From assembly GCA_045047115.1 (NCBI GenBank), contig JASFYR010000010.1:64001-128000 (forward strand): 64,000 bases of DNA, in the 5' to 3' direction. This document shows, piece by piece, positions 1 to 10,617 of this stretch (position 1 is the stretch's first letter; each line of letters starts with the position of its first letter). Origin of the DNA: Sulfurospirillum sp. (GTDB lineage: Bacteria; Campylobacterota; Campylobacteria; Campylobacterales; Sulfurospirillaceae). A program made the position numbers and the translations under genes. The notes under the pieces were generated by a model that worked only from the letters and a program-made list of their open reading frames with translations, searched no databases and was not told the DNA's origin.

Positions 1-1004
1 AAAAGCATATTTATCCATATGCCAAAATTATCACCCAAAGCTTTTTTTGTCGCATATAGAGTTGTGTATCTCTTTGGAAGCTCAAAAAGTATCTTGATAT
101 TTTTCTTTGAAAATTTAGTTTTAACACTACCTGTTATGATATTACAAAACTCCCCTATTCCATCACTTATCTCATCTAAATTTAATTTATCTATACTCTC
201 GCCAAGCATTGCTTCTATTGACTTTGCGGCTAGCTCTCTTGGAAATATTAAAACAAAACTACCAGATACATCACCTTTAAAGCTCATAATTGCGCTAACT
301 ATATCAGAGGCTAGAGTCACATTAAATTTTTGAACATTATGAGAAGTTTTTACAGCTTTTTTTGAAGTAAGTGTCTCCAAGTTAAAGACAGCTGTATCTA
401 CAAACAATGGAAGATTGACAATCACAGTTTTCGAAAGCTTTAAATATGGAATTTCTTCAGGTCTCTTCTTTTTAATAATATTTAATTTAGTTTGAGAAAC
501 AGCAAAATCCATACCGCCCTTATCCACGAGCTCTAAAAAGTTTTGTTGATCTTTTGAGAACAGAATCGTATGTCCAAACTTTGATAAAAGCAATGAGATA
601 TTTTCCATATTATTCTCATCAGCATCATTACAAACAACTATCTTCAACTTTTTTTTAAATGATTCCGGTCTCAATAAAAGCTTGGCTATTTTCTCATTTT
701 TAAATAATTTTATTGGTGTTTGTGCAGTTAACTTACATAAGATTTTATATAATTTTACTGAATAATTCCCAAGAACAATTGGAATTGATAGTTTACTGCC
801 TGCCTTGTTAACCTCATATATAAAATCGTTCACAGAAGAGATATCAAAAGATATATCCTTCAAAGAGATAAAGAAACCTCTCAAATCTCTCTCCTCTATA
901 ACATCTTCAAGCTCCAGAATATTTTGCAACAAAAGTCTTGTACTCTTTGGTTCAAACAAACCTTCATATTCTAAAAATACAATCTTATCTCTTATACTTC
1001 TCAT
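1..1004 (-). CDS. CheX-domain chemotaxis phosphatase-like protein (3' end runs off window)
   Basis: Not in the ORF track. Manual translation from ATG at 1004 (MRSIRDKIVFLEYEG...) stays open to position 1. C-terminal part IVSAIMSFKGDVSGSFVLIFPRELA...DGIGEFCNIITG matches the CheX/CheC E-x-x-N signature. Confidence 0.75.
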   Translation of the reverse strand, partial: MRSIRDKIVFLEYEGLFEPKSTRLLLQNILELEDVIEERDLRGFFISLKDISFDISSVNDFIYEVNKAGSKLSIPIVLGNYSVKLYKILCKLTAQTPIKLFKNEKIAKLLLRPESFKKKLKIVVCNDADENNMENISLLLSKFGHTILFSKDQQNFLELVDKGGMDFAVSQTKLNIIKKKRPEEIPYLKLSKTVIVNLPLFVDTAVFNLETLTSKKAVKTSHNVQKFNVTLASDIVSAIMSFKGDVSGSFVLIFPRELAAKSIEAMLGESIDKLNLDEISDGIGEFCNIITGSVKTKFSKKNIKILFELPKRYTTLYATKKALGDNFGIWINML

Positions 1005-1104
1005 ATAAAATTTATCACCCTATTGTTTTCATTTTCAATCAAGAAGTATATTATATTGAAATAAATATTAATATATATAGAGTTTGAGCTTTAAAAGTAA
1101 ATAT

Positions 1105-1130
1105 GGTGCATTATTTCCAAACAATGCACC
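1105..1130 (-). terminator. Hairpin downstream of batD-like gene
   Basis: GGTGCATT-N10-AATGCACC inverted repeat just past the stop codon; no strong U-tract. Confidence 0.4.
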
Positions 1131-1144
1131 TGTTATTACTCTAG

Positions 1145-2656
1145 TTAATCTAAATCTAAAAAGTGTTGTATTATCTCTTTTTTATCTATCCTGCTTTTTT
1201 TAGCCCCATAGATATTCTCCTCCAGCCTTTCAAGAGTTGTTTTTATAAAATCATCATCTTTACCATAAGGTAGCAAAATTTCAAAAAGCTCCTTGTCGCC
1301 CTTTGTTTTTTTGATTTTTTTGATTATCGGAGTCTCAACTTTCGATATTTTTACCTTTGTAAATTTTACATATCCCATACTTGCCAAAATGCCTAACAAA
1401 ATTCCTACAAAAAGGTATAAATAGCCATTTGTATTTTGGGTTATCAATGTATTTACAGGTGTTGCCCCAGTCTGTTTATTGTCACTTTTAAAACTTTGTG
1501 AAGTCGAAATTTTTGGTGTTATTTCAGCCCTGTTTCCACCCTTGATTTTTATATATACAGGTTTTGTCTCTTTTGTAACCAACTTTTTCAAATCTTTATC
1601 AAAGTAGCTAAATTTTATGGGCGGTATTGTGAAATCTTTATCAGCTATAAGAGCCACCTTTTGAGTAAACACACCTCCATAAACTCCACCGTTCAATCCT
1701 GCTCTTATCTTTGGTTCATCACTGTAAGCAACTACATTATCGATATCTAAAGAGAACTTTTTTATATCATCTATGTTACCGACGCCATCTATCTTAATAG
1801 TCAGGTTTACAGGTTTATTGGCTTTGACTTCTGTTTTATCTACACTTGCATTTATGTTATACTTTCCATATACTTCCAGGTTATTTGGCAAAGGCTTTAC
1901 ATGCACGAAAAGTTTATTTGAAATGATTTTTCTCCACTCCAAAGTTTGATCAAAGGCATCAAAAAATGGATCATTGAAAAAATTTCCGCCTCTGTTTCTA
2001 CGACTAAACATGCCAATATTTACCTCAATGGGCTTTATCTCAAAATCACCCTGTTTTTGTGGAAAGATTAGATAGTGATATGTTTGTACTACTGTATCAC
2101 CCTGCTCAGTTTTACTTGGCTTCTTAGTGCTTTTTATCCAAAAATCGCTAATCTTAAGAGGTGTTATCATGATCTTATCAGCCTGAGCATCCAACCTATA
2201 TTTAAAAATTACATCTACTTTTATAGGTTCACCCACAAATACATCGTTTTTGTCCATCTTCATACTCACTGCAAACTTACTTCCACTTTTTGCCTGAGAT
2301 GGTTTGACTATGGTAACTTTTATCTCATCTGTCTTATACTCTTTTCCATCAACCTTAACCTTGTATGAGGGTATAATCAAGCTTCTAGTCGGTGCAAAGG
2401 AGTATGTTTTTGAAATTGTACTCTTATAATTTCCATTTATAACATTTACACTTTGGGATGTCGATACACCCATCACTCCATATCCTGCTATCGTATTTAG
2501 ATTTGGAAACTTGGGATTCTTACCTTCAGCACTAATCGTATAGTTTACAACATCACCGCTATATATCGCATCCTTATCAACACTTGCGCTAACTCCTGCA
2601 AAGAGTGAACTTGCGAGTAGCAAAAGAGCTATCACTCTACCAAGGATTTTCTTCAT
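1145..2656 (-). CDS. batD: BatD family protein
   Basis: Signal peptide, repeated Ig-like BatD segments (SQSVNVINGNYKS, GVGNI), C-terminal TM helix; last gene of MoxR/VWA operon. Confidence 0.85.
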   Translation of the reverse strand: MKKILGRVIALLLLASSLFAGVSASVDKDAIYSGDVVNYTISAEGKNPKFPNLNTIAGYGVMGVSTSQSVNVINGNYKSTISKTYSFAPTRSLIIPSYKVKVDGKEYKTDEIKVTIVKPSQAKSGSKFAVSMKMDKNDVFVGEPIKVDVIFKYRLDAQADKIMITPLKISDFWIKSTKKPSKTEQGDTVVQTYHYLIFPQKQGDFEIKPIEVNIGMFSRRNRGGNFFNDPFFDAFDQTLEWRKIISNKLFVHVKPLPNNLEVYGKYNINASVDKTEVKANKPVNLTIKIDGVGNIDDIKKFSLDIDNVVAYSDEPKIRAGLNGGVYGGVFTQKVALIADKDFTIPPIKFSYFDKDLKKLVTKETKPVYIKIKGGNRAEITPKISTSQSFKSDNKQTGATPVNTLITQNTNGYLYLFVGILLGILASMGYVKFTKVKISKVETPIIKKIKKTKGDKELFEILLPYGKDDDFIKTTLERLEENIYGAKKSRIDKKEIIQHFLDLD

Positions 2657-3407
2657 TTCTCTTTTCTCCTTTTGTGCTAAGTGGCAACATGAGGGTATTT
2701 ATACCTCTTTGATTCAACATTTTTTTATATTTTCTCTCTTCCATGTCACTTATAGGTTGTACTTTTTTCTTTTTCTGAGCAAGATTTTCCTTCTCTTTTT
2801 TTCCTCGCTCTTTTTTCTTATTCTGCTGGCTCTTTTTTTCTTTTTGTTTCTTGTTTTTATTTTGAGACTGTTTTTGCCTGTTGCCTTGTGATTTTTGATC
2901 TTTTTTATTCTGTTTTTTATTTTTCTGGTTTTTCTTATTTTTCTGGTTTTTCTGGTTTTTTTTCTTGTTTTTCTTGTTTTTCTTGTTTTTCTTGTTTTTC
3001 TTGTTTTGTTTCTTTTGTTTCTTTTTCTTTTTCAATAAGTCAAGATTATACTGCGTATCTTTGTCTTTTTTAATTTTTAGAGCCTCTTCATAGCTCTTTA
3101 TCGCATCATTAACCTTGCCTAAATGTGCATAGGTATTTCCCATATTGTGTAACTTTTTAAATTTAAGCTTGGGATCACTAACTTTCTCATACTCACTCAA
3201 AGCTTTTTTATACTCTTTTGCTTTATAGTAACTGTTTGCCAGATCATAGCTGGCACCGATTTTGCTTTTAACTTTTTGATACTCACTGATAGCCTCTTTA
3301 TAGTTACCTTTACTATAACTCTCTTGAGCCTTACTTATATCTCTAAAATCAAGAAGTCCTGCATAAAGAAAGATAGAGCAAAAAATCAATAATAGAACTT
3401 TTTTCAA
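2637..3407 (-). CDS. TPR protein with K/N/Q low-complexity linker (BatC-like)
   Basis: YDLANSYYK and HNMGNTYAHLG TPR motifs, TQYNLDLLK, long Lys/Asn/Gln tract, C-terminal NPW; bat operon context. Confidence 0.8.
   Translation of the reverse strand: MKKVLLLIFCSIFLYAGLLDFRDISKAQESYSKGNYKEAISEYQKVKSKIGASYDLANSYYKAKEYKKALSEYEKVSDPKLKFKKLHNMGNTYAHLGKVNDAIKSYEEALKIKKDKDTQYNLDLLKKKKKQKKQNKKNKKNKKNKKNKKKNQKNQKNKKNQKNKKQNKKDQKSQGNRQKQSQNKNKKQKEKKSQQNKKKERGKKEKENLAQKKKKVQPISDMEERKYKKMLNQRGINTLMLPLSTKGEKRNEENPW
2962..3006. repeat. 9-bp tandem repeat (TTCTTGTTT x5) encoding KNK repeats
   Basis: Five exact copies read directly; degenerate copies continue leftward to about 2920. Confidence 0.9.
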
Positions 3408-4369
3408 TCTCTTTTCCCCCTTAAAGAAAAATTTGCCATAAAAAACAGAAGTATCGCCAAGCTCAACGGATAATAAAAAAGTTCTCTCTTCTCTTTTATG
3501 CTGTTTATTTCACTTCCTTTTGCCTTAAATCTTGCTTTTACAGCATCACTCAGCATCTTTATATCTCTATTTGACAGAGTTGAGCGCATATATGCTCCAC
3601 CTGTTCCCAATGCTAGTTTTTTAATATTTTCATTTATCTTTACTACCACAATATTTCCATTTTTATCTTTTAAAGCTCCATTTTTTGTCTCTATAACGCC
3701 ACCTTTGTCTGTTCCTATTGCATAAACAAAAATTACGATTTTATGCTTTTTTGCATACTCTATCTCTTTGGTAAAACTACTCTGATCTCCACCATCGGTA
3801 AAGATCAAAAATGCCTTCTTCTGATCTGTCTGGTAGAGATCATTTGCAGCCTCTAGGGCACTCATAAAGTCAGTCCCTCTTAGACTCATGCTAGCAGTAC
3901 TCAGGTTTTTAACTAAAAAATCCAAAGAGTGGTAATCTTCACTAAGAGGGGCTACTAAAAAGGATCGTGAGCTAAAGCCCACAACTCCGACTCTAGCACT
4001 TTTCATATCCTTTAAGAACTCATAAAATTTCTTTTTTGCCAAAGCAAATCTACTAGGATAAACATCATTTACAAACATAGAGTTGGATATATCAAGCCCT
4101 ACTACAACATTAATGAAGCTTGATTTTACTTTGATCTCACCTTTATCTATATATGGACGGGCAAGTGCTATAATCATAAAAAAAGCAGAGGCTATCAAAA
4201 GGACATTTCTCACTCTTTTGCTAAAACCTCTGTTTTTAACCCTGATTTTTTCCAGTATATCTTTGGCGAAAAGTGCCTCATAGGATTTTTTGTTGTATTT
4301 TAAAAAGTAAAACAGAGGCAAAAGTAAAACTATAAGCCAAAGAAGTTCACTATGTACGAAATCTATCAT
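3404..4369 (-). CDS. VWA domain protein (BatB-like)
   Basis: N-terminal TM, ALARP, MIDAS DISNSM, FTDGGD, AIGTDKGG. Confidence 0.85.
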   Translation of the reverse strand: MIDFVHSELLWLIVLLLPLFYFLKYNKKSYEALFAKDILEKIRVKNRGFSKRVRNVLLIASAFFMIIALARPYIDKGEIKVKSSFINVVVGLDISNSMFVNDVYPSRFALAKKKFYEFLKDMKSARVGVVGFSSRSFLVAPLSEDYHSLDFLVKNLSTASMSLRGTDFMSALEAANDLYQTDQKKAFLIFTDGGDQSSFTKEIEYAKKHKIVIFVYAIGTDKGGVIETKNGALKDKNGNIVVVKINENIKKLALGTGGAYMRSTLSNRDIKMLSDAVKARFKAKGSEINSIKEKRELFYYPLSLAILLFFMANFSLRGKRD

Positions 4370-5262
4370 GCCAACTCCCTGTTTTTTCTAAAAAATAAAA
4401 GCATACTCAAAAATAGTGCCAAACCCAGAGGATAGGCAAAAAGATACCTTTTCTTCACATATTTGTTTGCTTTTATCTTACTCTTCTCCAATTTGTCAAT
4501 GGTATCGTAAATCTCTTTTAATTTTTGTTTGCTGTTTGCCTGAAAAAATTCTCCACCACTTTCTTGGGCTATTTTTCTAAGAACATTTGGATCAAAATCA
4601 CCCGGACCTCCGATTCCGACCGTATAGACTTTTATGCCATACTTTTTGACTGTTTTTATAGCAACATCAAGCGGTATATTGTTCACATTATTCATACCGT
4701 CAGTCAATAAAATAGCTATCTTTTTCTTTGCATGTGAATTCTTAAAGAGGTTTGAGCTTAAGAAAAGTGCTTCATACAGAGCTGTTCTTCTACTTCCTGC
4801 AACTCCAACCTGTAGTCTGCTTAGTAGCCTTTTTATGCTTTTTTTATCATAAGTCAAAGGAACTGCAACATAGGCAAAATCAGCAAATATGCTAAGCCCC
4901 ACTTTATCATGTACTCTTTTGGTTAAAAAATCCCCGACAATCTCTTTTACTATGTCAAATTTGTTATTTTGTGCCATAGAACCACTTGCGTCAACTATCA
5001 AAGATATCTCATAACCTTTGTCATTTTGTATAGTCACCTCATCTCTTATAATCGGACTGGTTAGCGCTGTACTTAAAAACAAAACTATCAAAACTTTAAG
5101 GCTGTTTTCCAAAAGCATACTCTTTTTTGTAGCCTTTTTTAAAAATTTCATAGTCGGAAAAAATAGAGCATCCATCTTTGGCTTGCAAAAATACAGACAT
5201 ATCACAAACGGGACAATAATCAAAAAAGCCAAAGGGTACTCAAAAACTATTTGGTTTAGCAC
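4366..5262 (-). CDS. VWA domain protein (BatA-like)
   Basis: MIDAS DASGSM, VPLTYD, TALYEAL, LLTDG, VYTVGIG; TM at both ends. Confidence 0.85.
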   Translation of the reverse strand: MLNQIVFEYPLAFLIIVPFVICLYFCKPKMDALFFPTMKFLKKATKKSMLLENSLKVLIVLFLSTALTSPIIRDEVTIQNDKGYEISLIVDASGSMAQNNKFDIVKEIVGDFLTKRVHDKVGLSIFADFAYVAVPLTYDKKSIKRLLSRLQVGVAGSRRTALYEALFLSSNLFKNSHAKKKIAILLTDGMNNVNNIPLDVAIKTVKKYGIKVYTVGIGGPGDFDPNVLRKIAQESGGEFFQANSKQKLKEIYDTIDKLEKSKIKANKYVKKRYLFAYPLGLALFLSMLLFFRKNRELA

Positions 5263-5636
5263 TATTTCAATCCTCCTATGATTTTTTTGATACTGTTTTT
5301 CAACTCTTCATCCATCCGTGGAATATATTTTTTGTATTTATATATCCTTAGTTTTTCCAGCAAACTCTCTATCTCTTTTTCATTTTGTGGCACTATAAAA
5401 AATGGTATATTTAGAGTAAATATATAGGCTAAATCTTTTGGATTACTGTAATCTATGGTTTTCAGAGCCTTTAGCGCCATCTCTTTTCTGCTTGGTTTTT
5501 TTCGTTTTCTTGGTCTTGTTAGTAGATAAAATATCGCCACAAAGAGTAAAATAGCCAAAAATATATACCCCAAAAGATAATACATAGAGTAGTCTTGAAC
5601 TTCTACAATACCTTTTATATCTCTTAGTTTTTCCAA
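5262..5636 (-). CDS. Small single-TM protein of bat operon (DUF4381-like)
   Basis: LRDIK N-terminus then TM and basic stretch, at the usual position between DUF58 and batA; TTG start. Confidence 0.7.
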   Translation of the reverse strand: MEKLRDIKGIVEVQDYSMYYLLGYIFLAILLFVAIFYLLTRPRKRKKPSRKEMALKALKTIDYSNPKDLAYIFTLNIPFFIVPQNEKEIESLLEKLRIYKYKKYIPRMDEELKNSIKKIIGGLK

Positions 5637-5639
5637 TCT

Positions 5640-6473
5640 CTATCCTTTTGTTATCTGTGATATTTTCATATATATATCATCATCCGTATATATTTTGCCA
5701 TACTTGATTTTATGTGACAAAAAGTGTTTATACAGCTTATCATCACTCTGTTTTAAAAGCCTCTTATACTCTTTGAGACTACTGCTGTCCAAACTTATAT
5801 CGTCTTCACTGAGAGTTACAGGATCAACCAAGGAGATATCGCCCGTAAACTGCGGATTTTCCTCAAATCTGTCTCGAACTATCAAAGCATATATCTCGTT
5901 TTTATGAAAGATTGTTGAGAGGTCCACATCTCCGTAAAAATCTCCAATCAAAAATATAAGCGATCTTTTTTTGATACTCGAGTTGATAAAGTGACAAAAA
6001 GCCCCATAATCAACACTTTTACCTATAGCATCAAAACTAAGTGCATATCCTAGAGTATCTTCTAAGACTCCTAATTTTTTAGTAGGTTTAAAAAGTTTTT
6101 CAAGTTTTTCATCAAAAAAAAGAGTCGTAAGATTATCACTGTTTTTAAGAGCAGAATAACTCAAAAATCCCATCGCTTCAGCCATAGCATCTTGTTTTGT
6201 CCTCTTTACTCCAAAATTTATAGAGCCGTTTAACAGATAAGCCACTATGACATTTAACTCTCTCTCTTCGTTAAAGAGATTTACTTTGACACCCAATCCT
6301 TTGGCGGTTGCTTTCCAGTTTATAGACCTTACATCGTCGCCTATGACATAATCTTTTATCTCAGAGAAATCAAGACCTGTGCCTTTAAATGTACTGAGAG
6401 TATTGCCAAGATTGCCGGTAAATACCCTTTTCTTGACTTTGAGAAGTATCTCTTTGAGTCTGTTTCTTATCAC
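5640..6473 (-). CDS. DUF58 domain protein
   Basis: GTGLDFSEIKDYVIGDDVRSINWKATAK...FNEERE signature. Confidence 0.9.
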   Translation of the reverse strand: MIRNRLKEILLKVKKRVFTGNLGNTLSTFKGTGLDFSEIKDYVIGDDVRSINWKATAKGLGVKVNLFNEERELNVIVAYLLNGSINFGVKRTKQDAMAEAMGFLSYSALKNSDNLTTLFFDEKLEKLFKPTKKLGVLEDTLGYALSFDAIGKSVDYGAFCHFINSSIKKRSLIFLIGDFYGDVDLSTIFHKNEIYALIVRDRFEENPQFTGDISLVDPVTLSEDDISLDSSSLKEYKRLLKQSDDKLYKHFLSHKIKYGKIYTDDDIYMKISQITKG

Positions 6474-6482
6474 TGCGTACTC

Positions 6483-7436
6483 CTATGGAGCTTTGATGAC
6501 ATTCATAATCTTTTGCACTACTTTGTCACTGTTAAGTCCACTTGATTCCGCTTGATAGCTGAGTATCACCCTGTGTCTGAGTATGGAGTTTACAACTTTT
6601 GCAACATCTAAAGGAGTAACAAAATCTTTTCCTCTTAAAAGTGCCATGGCTCTGCTTGCCTTATACATATCTATCGAAGCTCTGGGACTTGCACCAAATT
6701 CTATCATACCCTCAAGCTCTTCCAAACCGTATTTGGATGGGAATCTTGTGGCAAAAACTATGTTTATCATGTATCTTTGTAGTTCATCATCTACATGCAC
6801 ATTCTGAAGTTCTTCTCTAAGAGAGAGAACATCCTCTATATTTGCGACTTGCTTCACCTCTTCAAAGCCGTTTTTTGCCACTCTTTGGACTATCTCAAAC
6901 TCTTCTTGCGCAGTATTATATCCAACCATCACTTTAAGCATAAATCTATCTAATTGAGCCTCTGGAAGTCTATAAGTTCCCTCTTGTTCTACCGGATTTT
7001 CGGTAGCCATGACCAAAAATGGATCATCTAGTTTGAAAGTGGTATCTGCTATTGTTACCTGTTTTTCCTGCATCACCTCCAAAAGTGCTGATTGAACCTT
7101 TGCCGGAGCTCTGTTTATCTCATCAGCCAGAAGAAGATTTGTAAATATCGGACCTTTTCTAACAGCAAAAGAGGCATCTTTTTGATTATATACTTCAGTT
7201 CCCACAACATCACTAGGAAGAAGATCAGGGGTAAATTGTATTCTCTTAAAGTCCAAGCCCAAAGATTTTGAAAGAGCATTTATAGCTGTAGTTTTAGCGA
7301 GTCCGGGAACTCCTTCAACAAGTATATGCCCTCCGCTAATCAAACCGATAAGTAAAGAGTCAACCAAATCCTCTTGACCAACGATAATCTTGCCAATCTC
7401 TTTTTTTATCTCTTCTATTTTACTATTCATCATCAA
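6483..7436 (-). CDS. moxR: MoxR family AAA+ ATPase
   Basis: [57 protein letters not shown]. Confidence 0.95.
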   Translation of the reverse strand: MMMNSKIEEIKKEIGKIIVGQEDLVDSLLIGLISGGHILVEGVPGLAKTTAINALSKSLGLDFKRIQFTPDLLPSDVVGTEVYNQKDASFAVRKGPIFTNLLLADEINRAPAKVQSALLEVMQEKQVTIADTTFKLDDPFLVMATENPVEQEGTYRLPEAQLDRFMLKVMVGYNTAQEEFEIVQRVAKNGFEEVKQVANIEDVLSLREELQNVHVDDELQRYMINIVFATRFPSKYGLEELEGMIEFGASPRASIDMYKASRAMALLRGKDFVTPLDVAKVVNSILRHRVILSYQAESSGLNSDKVVQKIMNVIKAP

Positions 7437-7533
7437 CCTTTATAAATCAACCCTGCTAAAGAGTTGTTTTGGATATTATTTGATGAAATATTAATATTAA
7501 TTTTTAAATATATTCTTAATATTATCTAAATAG

Positions 7534-10500
7534 TCACGCTCTTCTATGATACAGAGCATAGATATTTGGTAGATAAAAGAGGTTTAATATCGTACCCCAA
7601 AGCAAACCAAAACCCAAGGACACCGCTAAAGGTTGAAATGTCACTGCCTCTCCTGTGGCAAAAAATATAAGTGATGAGAGCCCTATTATAGTAGTCACAG
7701 AGGTTAAAATTATAGGCCTAAACCTCTTGGCTGCCAAAATAGATATATCTGCTTGTCTTTTAGCTGTTTTTATGATTGAGAGCATCAATATGCCGTCATT
7801 TACGATAACACCTGCAAGTCCCAATGCTCCGACTATAGATGGCATAGAGAGATTTAATCCCATAATTTGATGTCCAAAAAGCACACCTAAAAATGACAAA
7901 GGTATAACACTCATAACTATCAAAGTCTCTCCTATAGAGTTAAAAAGATACAAAATAGATAAAAATATCAATATAATTGCCACCACTATAGCATTTAACA
8001 TATCATTTTGCAAAATTTTCTTTTGCTTGTACTCACCTCTTAACTTATATCTCAATCCACTCTTTTTTAACTCTTTCAAAACAGGCATTATCTTCATCAT
8101 CGCTTCACCGGTAGTGCTTATATCCTGGTCGATATTTGCATAAACATAAAAATTAACTTCTCCGTCATCTTTTGTAAGTTTTTCCAAAGATTGGGTGATA
8201 CTAAAATCACATATATCTTTTATCATCACAGTTTGACCATTTTTCAGCGCTATTTTCAATGTATCAAAATCTTTTACTCTATCCTTGTACTTGGAAGATA
8301 CTTTTATATCCAACATCCCCTCTTTATCTAAAATAACACCTTTTTTCTTTTCAAGATATAGGTCGGCTATATAATTTCCTAGATATTTTTGAGTAACGCC
8401 AAGCTGTTTTCCATAGGAGTTTAGATTTAGTTTAATCTCATTAGAACCAAACTTCATATTATCACCCACAAATTTTACCGCTTTTATTTTTCTAAGACTG
8501 TTTTTTAGTTTTTTTATACCCTTTATGACTTTTTTATAGTCTGTTCCTATGACACCTATCATTATATCTGCTCGCGAGTGCCCCATTCTTCTTTCTAAAG
8601 TATTTATCTCTCTTAAGTGAAATTTTCTCTTGTATTCTTTTTTTCTTAGAAATTTTCTGAGTTTTCTTGATATTTGTCTTGAATTTTCGGTTCTGATTCT
8701 CCCTTTTTTAGCATAATAAAAACTAAGATATGGAGTTATATACTTCTCTAAAAAATTTGACGGAGCTCTTTTTTGAAGATATAGAGTTACATATCCAACA
8801 TAAGGATACATCTCAGCTCCTCCTGTTGCACTTCTTCTGTATCCCGCTGTTGAACTCACATAATCTATGAAAAACTCTTTTTTATGCTTCAAAAGATCAT
8901 TTTCTATTGTTTGTACTATCTTAATAGAGTCTTGAAGGGTTGTATCTTTCGAAGCCTTATATGTGATACTTACGGATGTTGAGTCAAACGGTTCAAACAT
9001 CTTGAACCTCAAATGCTTTAGGCTGTTATACATCAAAAATGGTGTCAAAATCAAAAATATTGTCAAAAAAAGAATCTTATGCCTGATAATAATCTTGAGC
9101 ATCTTTGAGTAGAAGGCACTTATCCTTTTCCAGGAGAGTGTATGGGCATTTTTGTTGAGTATATGTGCTGAGTGTATAGGTAAAAACAGAAAAGACTCTA
9201 TCAGTGAAGCTACAACCAAAACGCTCACTGCGATTGGTATCAGCTCCATAATCTGTCCCAATCTCCCTGTTAGCATTAAAAGAGGTATAAAAGCAAATAT
9301 GGTAGTCAAAGAGGCTATAGTTACAGGTTTTGCCATCTCTTTAGTGCCTAAAAATGCCGCCTCTTTCGGTGAAAAACCCTTCTCTATATACTGCTGTATA
9401 TTTTCACTAATCACGATAGCATCATCAACTATGATACCTATAGCTATTAACACCCCTATGAGGGAATTTATATTTACACTATACCCAGTAAGGTAAAAAT
9501 ATATAGCTCCCATAACGAAAGATGTTGGAATTCCAAGTGCTATAACCATAGCCATTCTGAAATTTATAAGCAAAAATGTCATAAGAGTGATGAGAATAAT
9601 ACCCATCAAAATATTTGATATAACTATATCGAGACGATCTTTTATAACTGTTGAATGGTCATTTCTTATATCATACTCAATTTGCGGCTTTTGAAATCTC
9701 TTTATCATCTTTTTAACTTGCTTGGAAATCTCCAGTGCATTGCCTTTTGGATTTTGAGAGATAGATAGGGTTATGGCATTTTTGCCATTCATACTTGCCA
9801 GTGTCGAAGAGTCTCTGTATCTCTTTTTTATAGTTGCTACATCTTTTAGGGAAATAACTCTGTCGTCTATATTTAGAAATGTCTTTTTGAACTCTTTTAA
9901 TACATCTTTTTTATTTTCCAAAGATATATAGTATTCCTGTTTACTGCTATCTATCTTGCCTAGTGGAAATATATACGATATATTTGGTATGACATCTATA
10001 ATCTGCTTTTGAGTCAATCCGTAAGCTTCAGCTTTTTTACCGTCAATCAATACTTCATAATATATATCCGAATCTCCGAATATCGTCACATCGGATATAT
10101 CTTTTATGCCTAAAAGTTTCAATCTTAACTCTTTGGCATTTTCTATAAGCCTGTCTCTACCAAGAGTTTTGCTAAAGACCGAAACTTGCATAAGACCTCT
10201 TGCATGTGCTACCGTACTTGTTGTTAGTTCATCCATATCACTTGGCAAATCTGATTTTATAGCTGTTATGGCATCATCGATATCTTTTTGTACTTTTTGC
10301 TTGTCTGCACCCTTTCTCAACTCCAAAGTTATAGAAAATCTTCCCGGAGTTATACGAGATGATATAGTATCGATGCCATCGATATTTTGCACCTCTGCCT
10401 CTATCTCCTCTACTGCCATCTTATTTAGAGTATCAAGTGATGTACCACTGTATCCGCCTCTTATAGTTATAGAGTCCGGTTCGATAACAGGGGAAACCTC

Positions 10501-10608
10501 TTTTGGTAAAAAGATATAACTATATACACCCAGACCAAATACAAGAAAAAATAGTATATAATTTAACTTATAATTTTCAATAAAAAATTTCAACACTCTT
10601 TCAAACAA
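7534..10608 (-). CDS. RND (AcrB/AcrD/AcrF family) transporter permease
   Basis: 1024 aa with two periplasmic lobes and about 12 TM; GIIVDDAIVISENI, GVIVNDGI and RFRPIILTSVTT motifs. No MFP or TolC gene in the window. Confidence 0.9.
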   Translation of the reverse strand: MFERVLKFFIENYKLNYILFFLVFGLGVYSYIFLPKEVSPVIEPDSITIRGGYSGTSLDTLNKMAVEEIEAEVQNIDGIDTISSRITPGRFSITLELRKGADKQKVQKDIDDAITAIKSDLPSDMDELTTSTVAHARGLMQVSVFSKTLGRDRLIENAKELRLKLLGIKDISDVTIFGDSDIYYEVLIDGKKAEAYGLTQKQIIDVIPNISYIFPLGKIDSSKQEYYISLENKKDVLKEFKKTFLNIDDRVISLKDVATIKKRYRDSSTLASMNGKNAITLSISQNPKGNALEISKQVKKMIKRFQKPQIEYDIRNDHSTVIKDRLDIVISNILMGIILITLMTFLLINFRMAMVIALGIPTSFVMGAIYFYLTGYSVNINSLIGVLIAIGIIVDDAIVISENIQQYIEKGFSPKEAAFLGTKEMAKPVTIASLTTIFAFIPLLMLTGRLGQIMELIPIAVSVLVVASLIESFLFLPIHSAHILNKNAHTLSWKRISAFYSKMLKIIIRHKILFLTIFLILTPFLMYNSLKHLRFKMFEPFDSTSVSITYKASKDTTLQDSIKIVQTIENDLLKHKKEFFIDYVSSTAGYRRSATGGAEMYPYVGYVTLYLQKRAPSNFLEKYITPYLSFYYAKKGRIRTENSRQISRKLRKFLRKKEYKRKFHLREINTLERRMGHSRADIMIGVIGTDYKKVIKGIKKLKNSLRKIKAVKFVGDNMKFGSNEIKLNLNSYGKQLGVTQKYLGNYIADLYLEKKKGVILDKEGMLDIKVSSKYKDRVKDFDTLKIALKNGQTVMIKDICDFSITQSLEKLTKDDGEVNFYVYANIDQDISTTGEAMMKIMPVLKELKKSGLRYKLRGEYKQKKILQNDMLNAIVVAIILIFLSILYLFNSIGETLIVMSVIPLSFLGVLFGHQIMGLNLSMPSIVGALGLAGVIVNDGILMLSIIKTAKRQADISILAAKRFRPIILTSVTTIIGLSSLIFFATGEAVTFQPLAVSLGFGLLWGTILNLFYLPNIYALYHRRA

Positions 10609-10617
10609 TTTTACAAC

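Noticed and set aside
19..333. Plus-strand ORFs 19-333 and 805-1008, and the many short antisense or nested ORFs in the track
   Set aside because: They are shadows of well-supported genes on the opposite strand or frame, with no RBS or motifs.
2888..3073. Cys-rich (FSC)n peptide and the (FRLW)n / (GFGL)n ORFs at 22612-22916 as possible RiPP precursors
   Set aside because: They are antisense read-outs of the KNK and KP tandem repeats in the BatC-like and tonB genes.
1145..7436. MoxR AAA+/VWA genes as NorQ/NorD substitutes for cNOR
   Set aside because: Gene set and motifs match the widespread MoxR-DUF58-BatABCD operon with membrane-anchored VWA proteins. It is 52 kb from norCB and has no Nss box.
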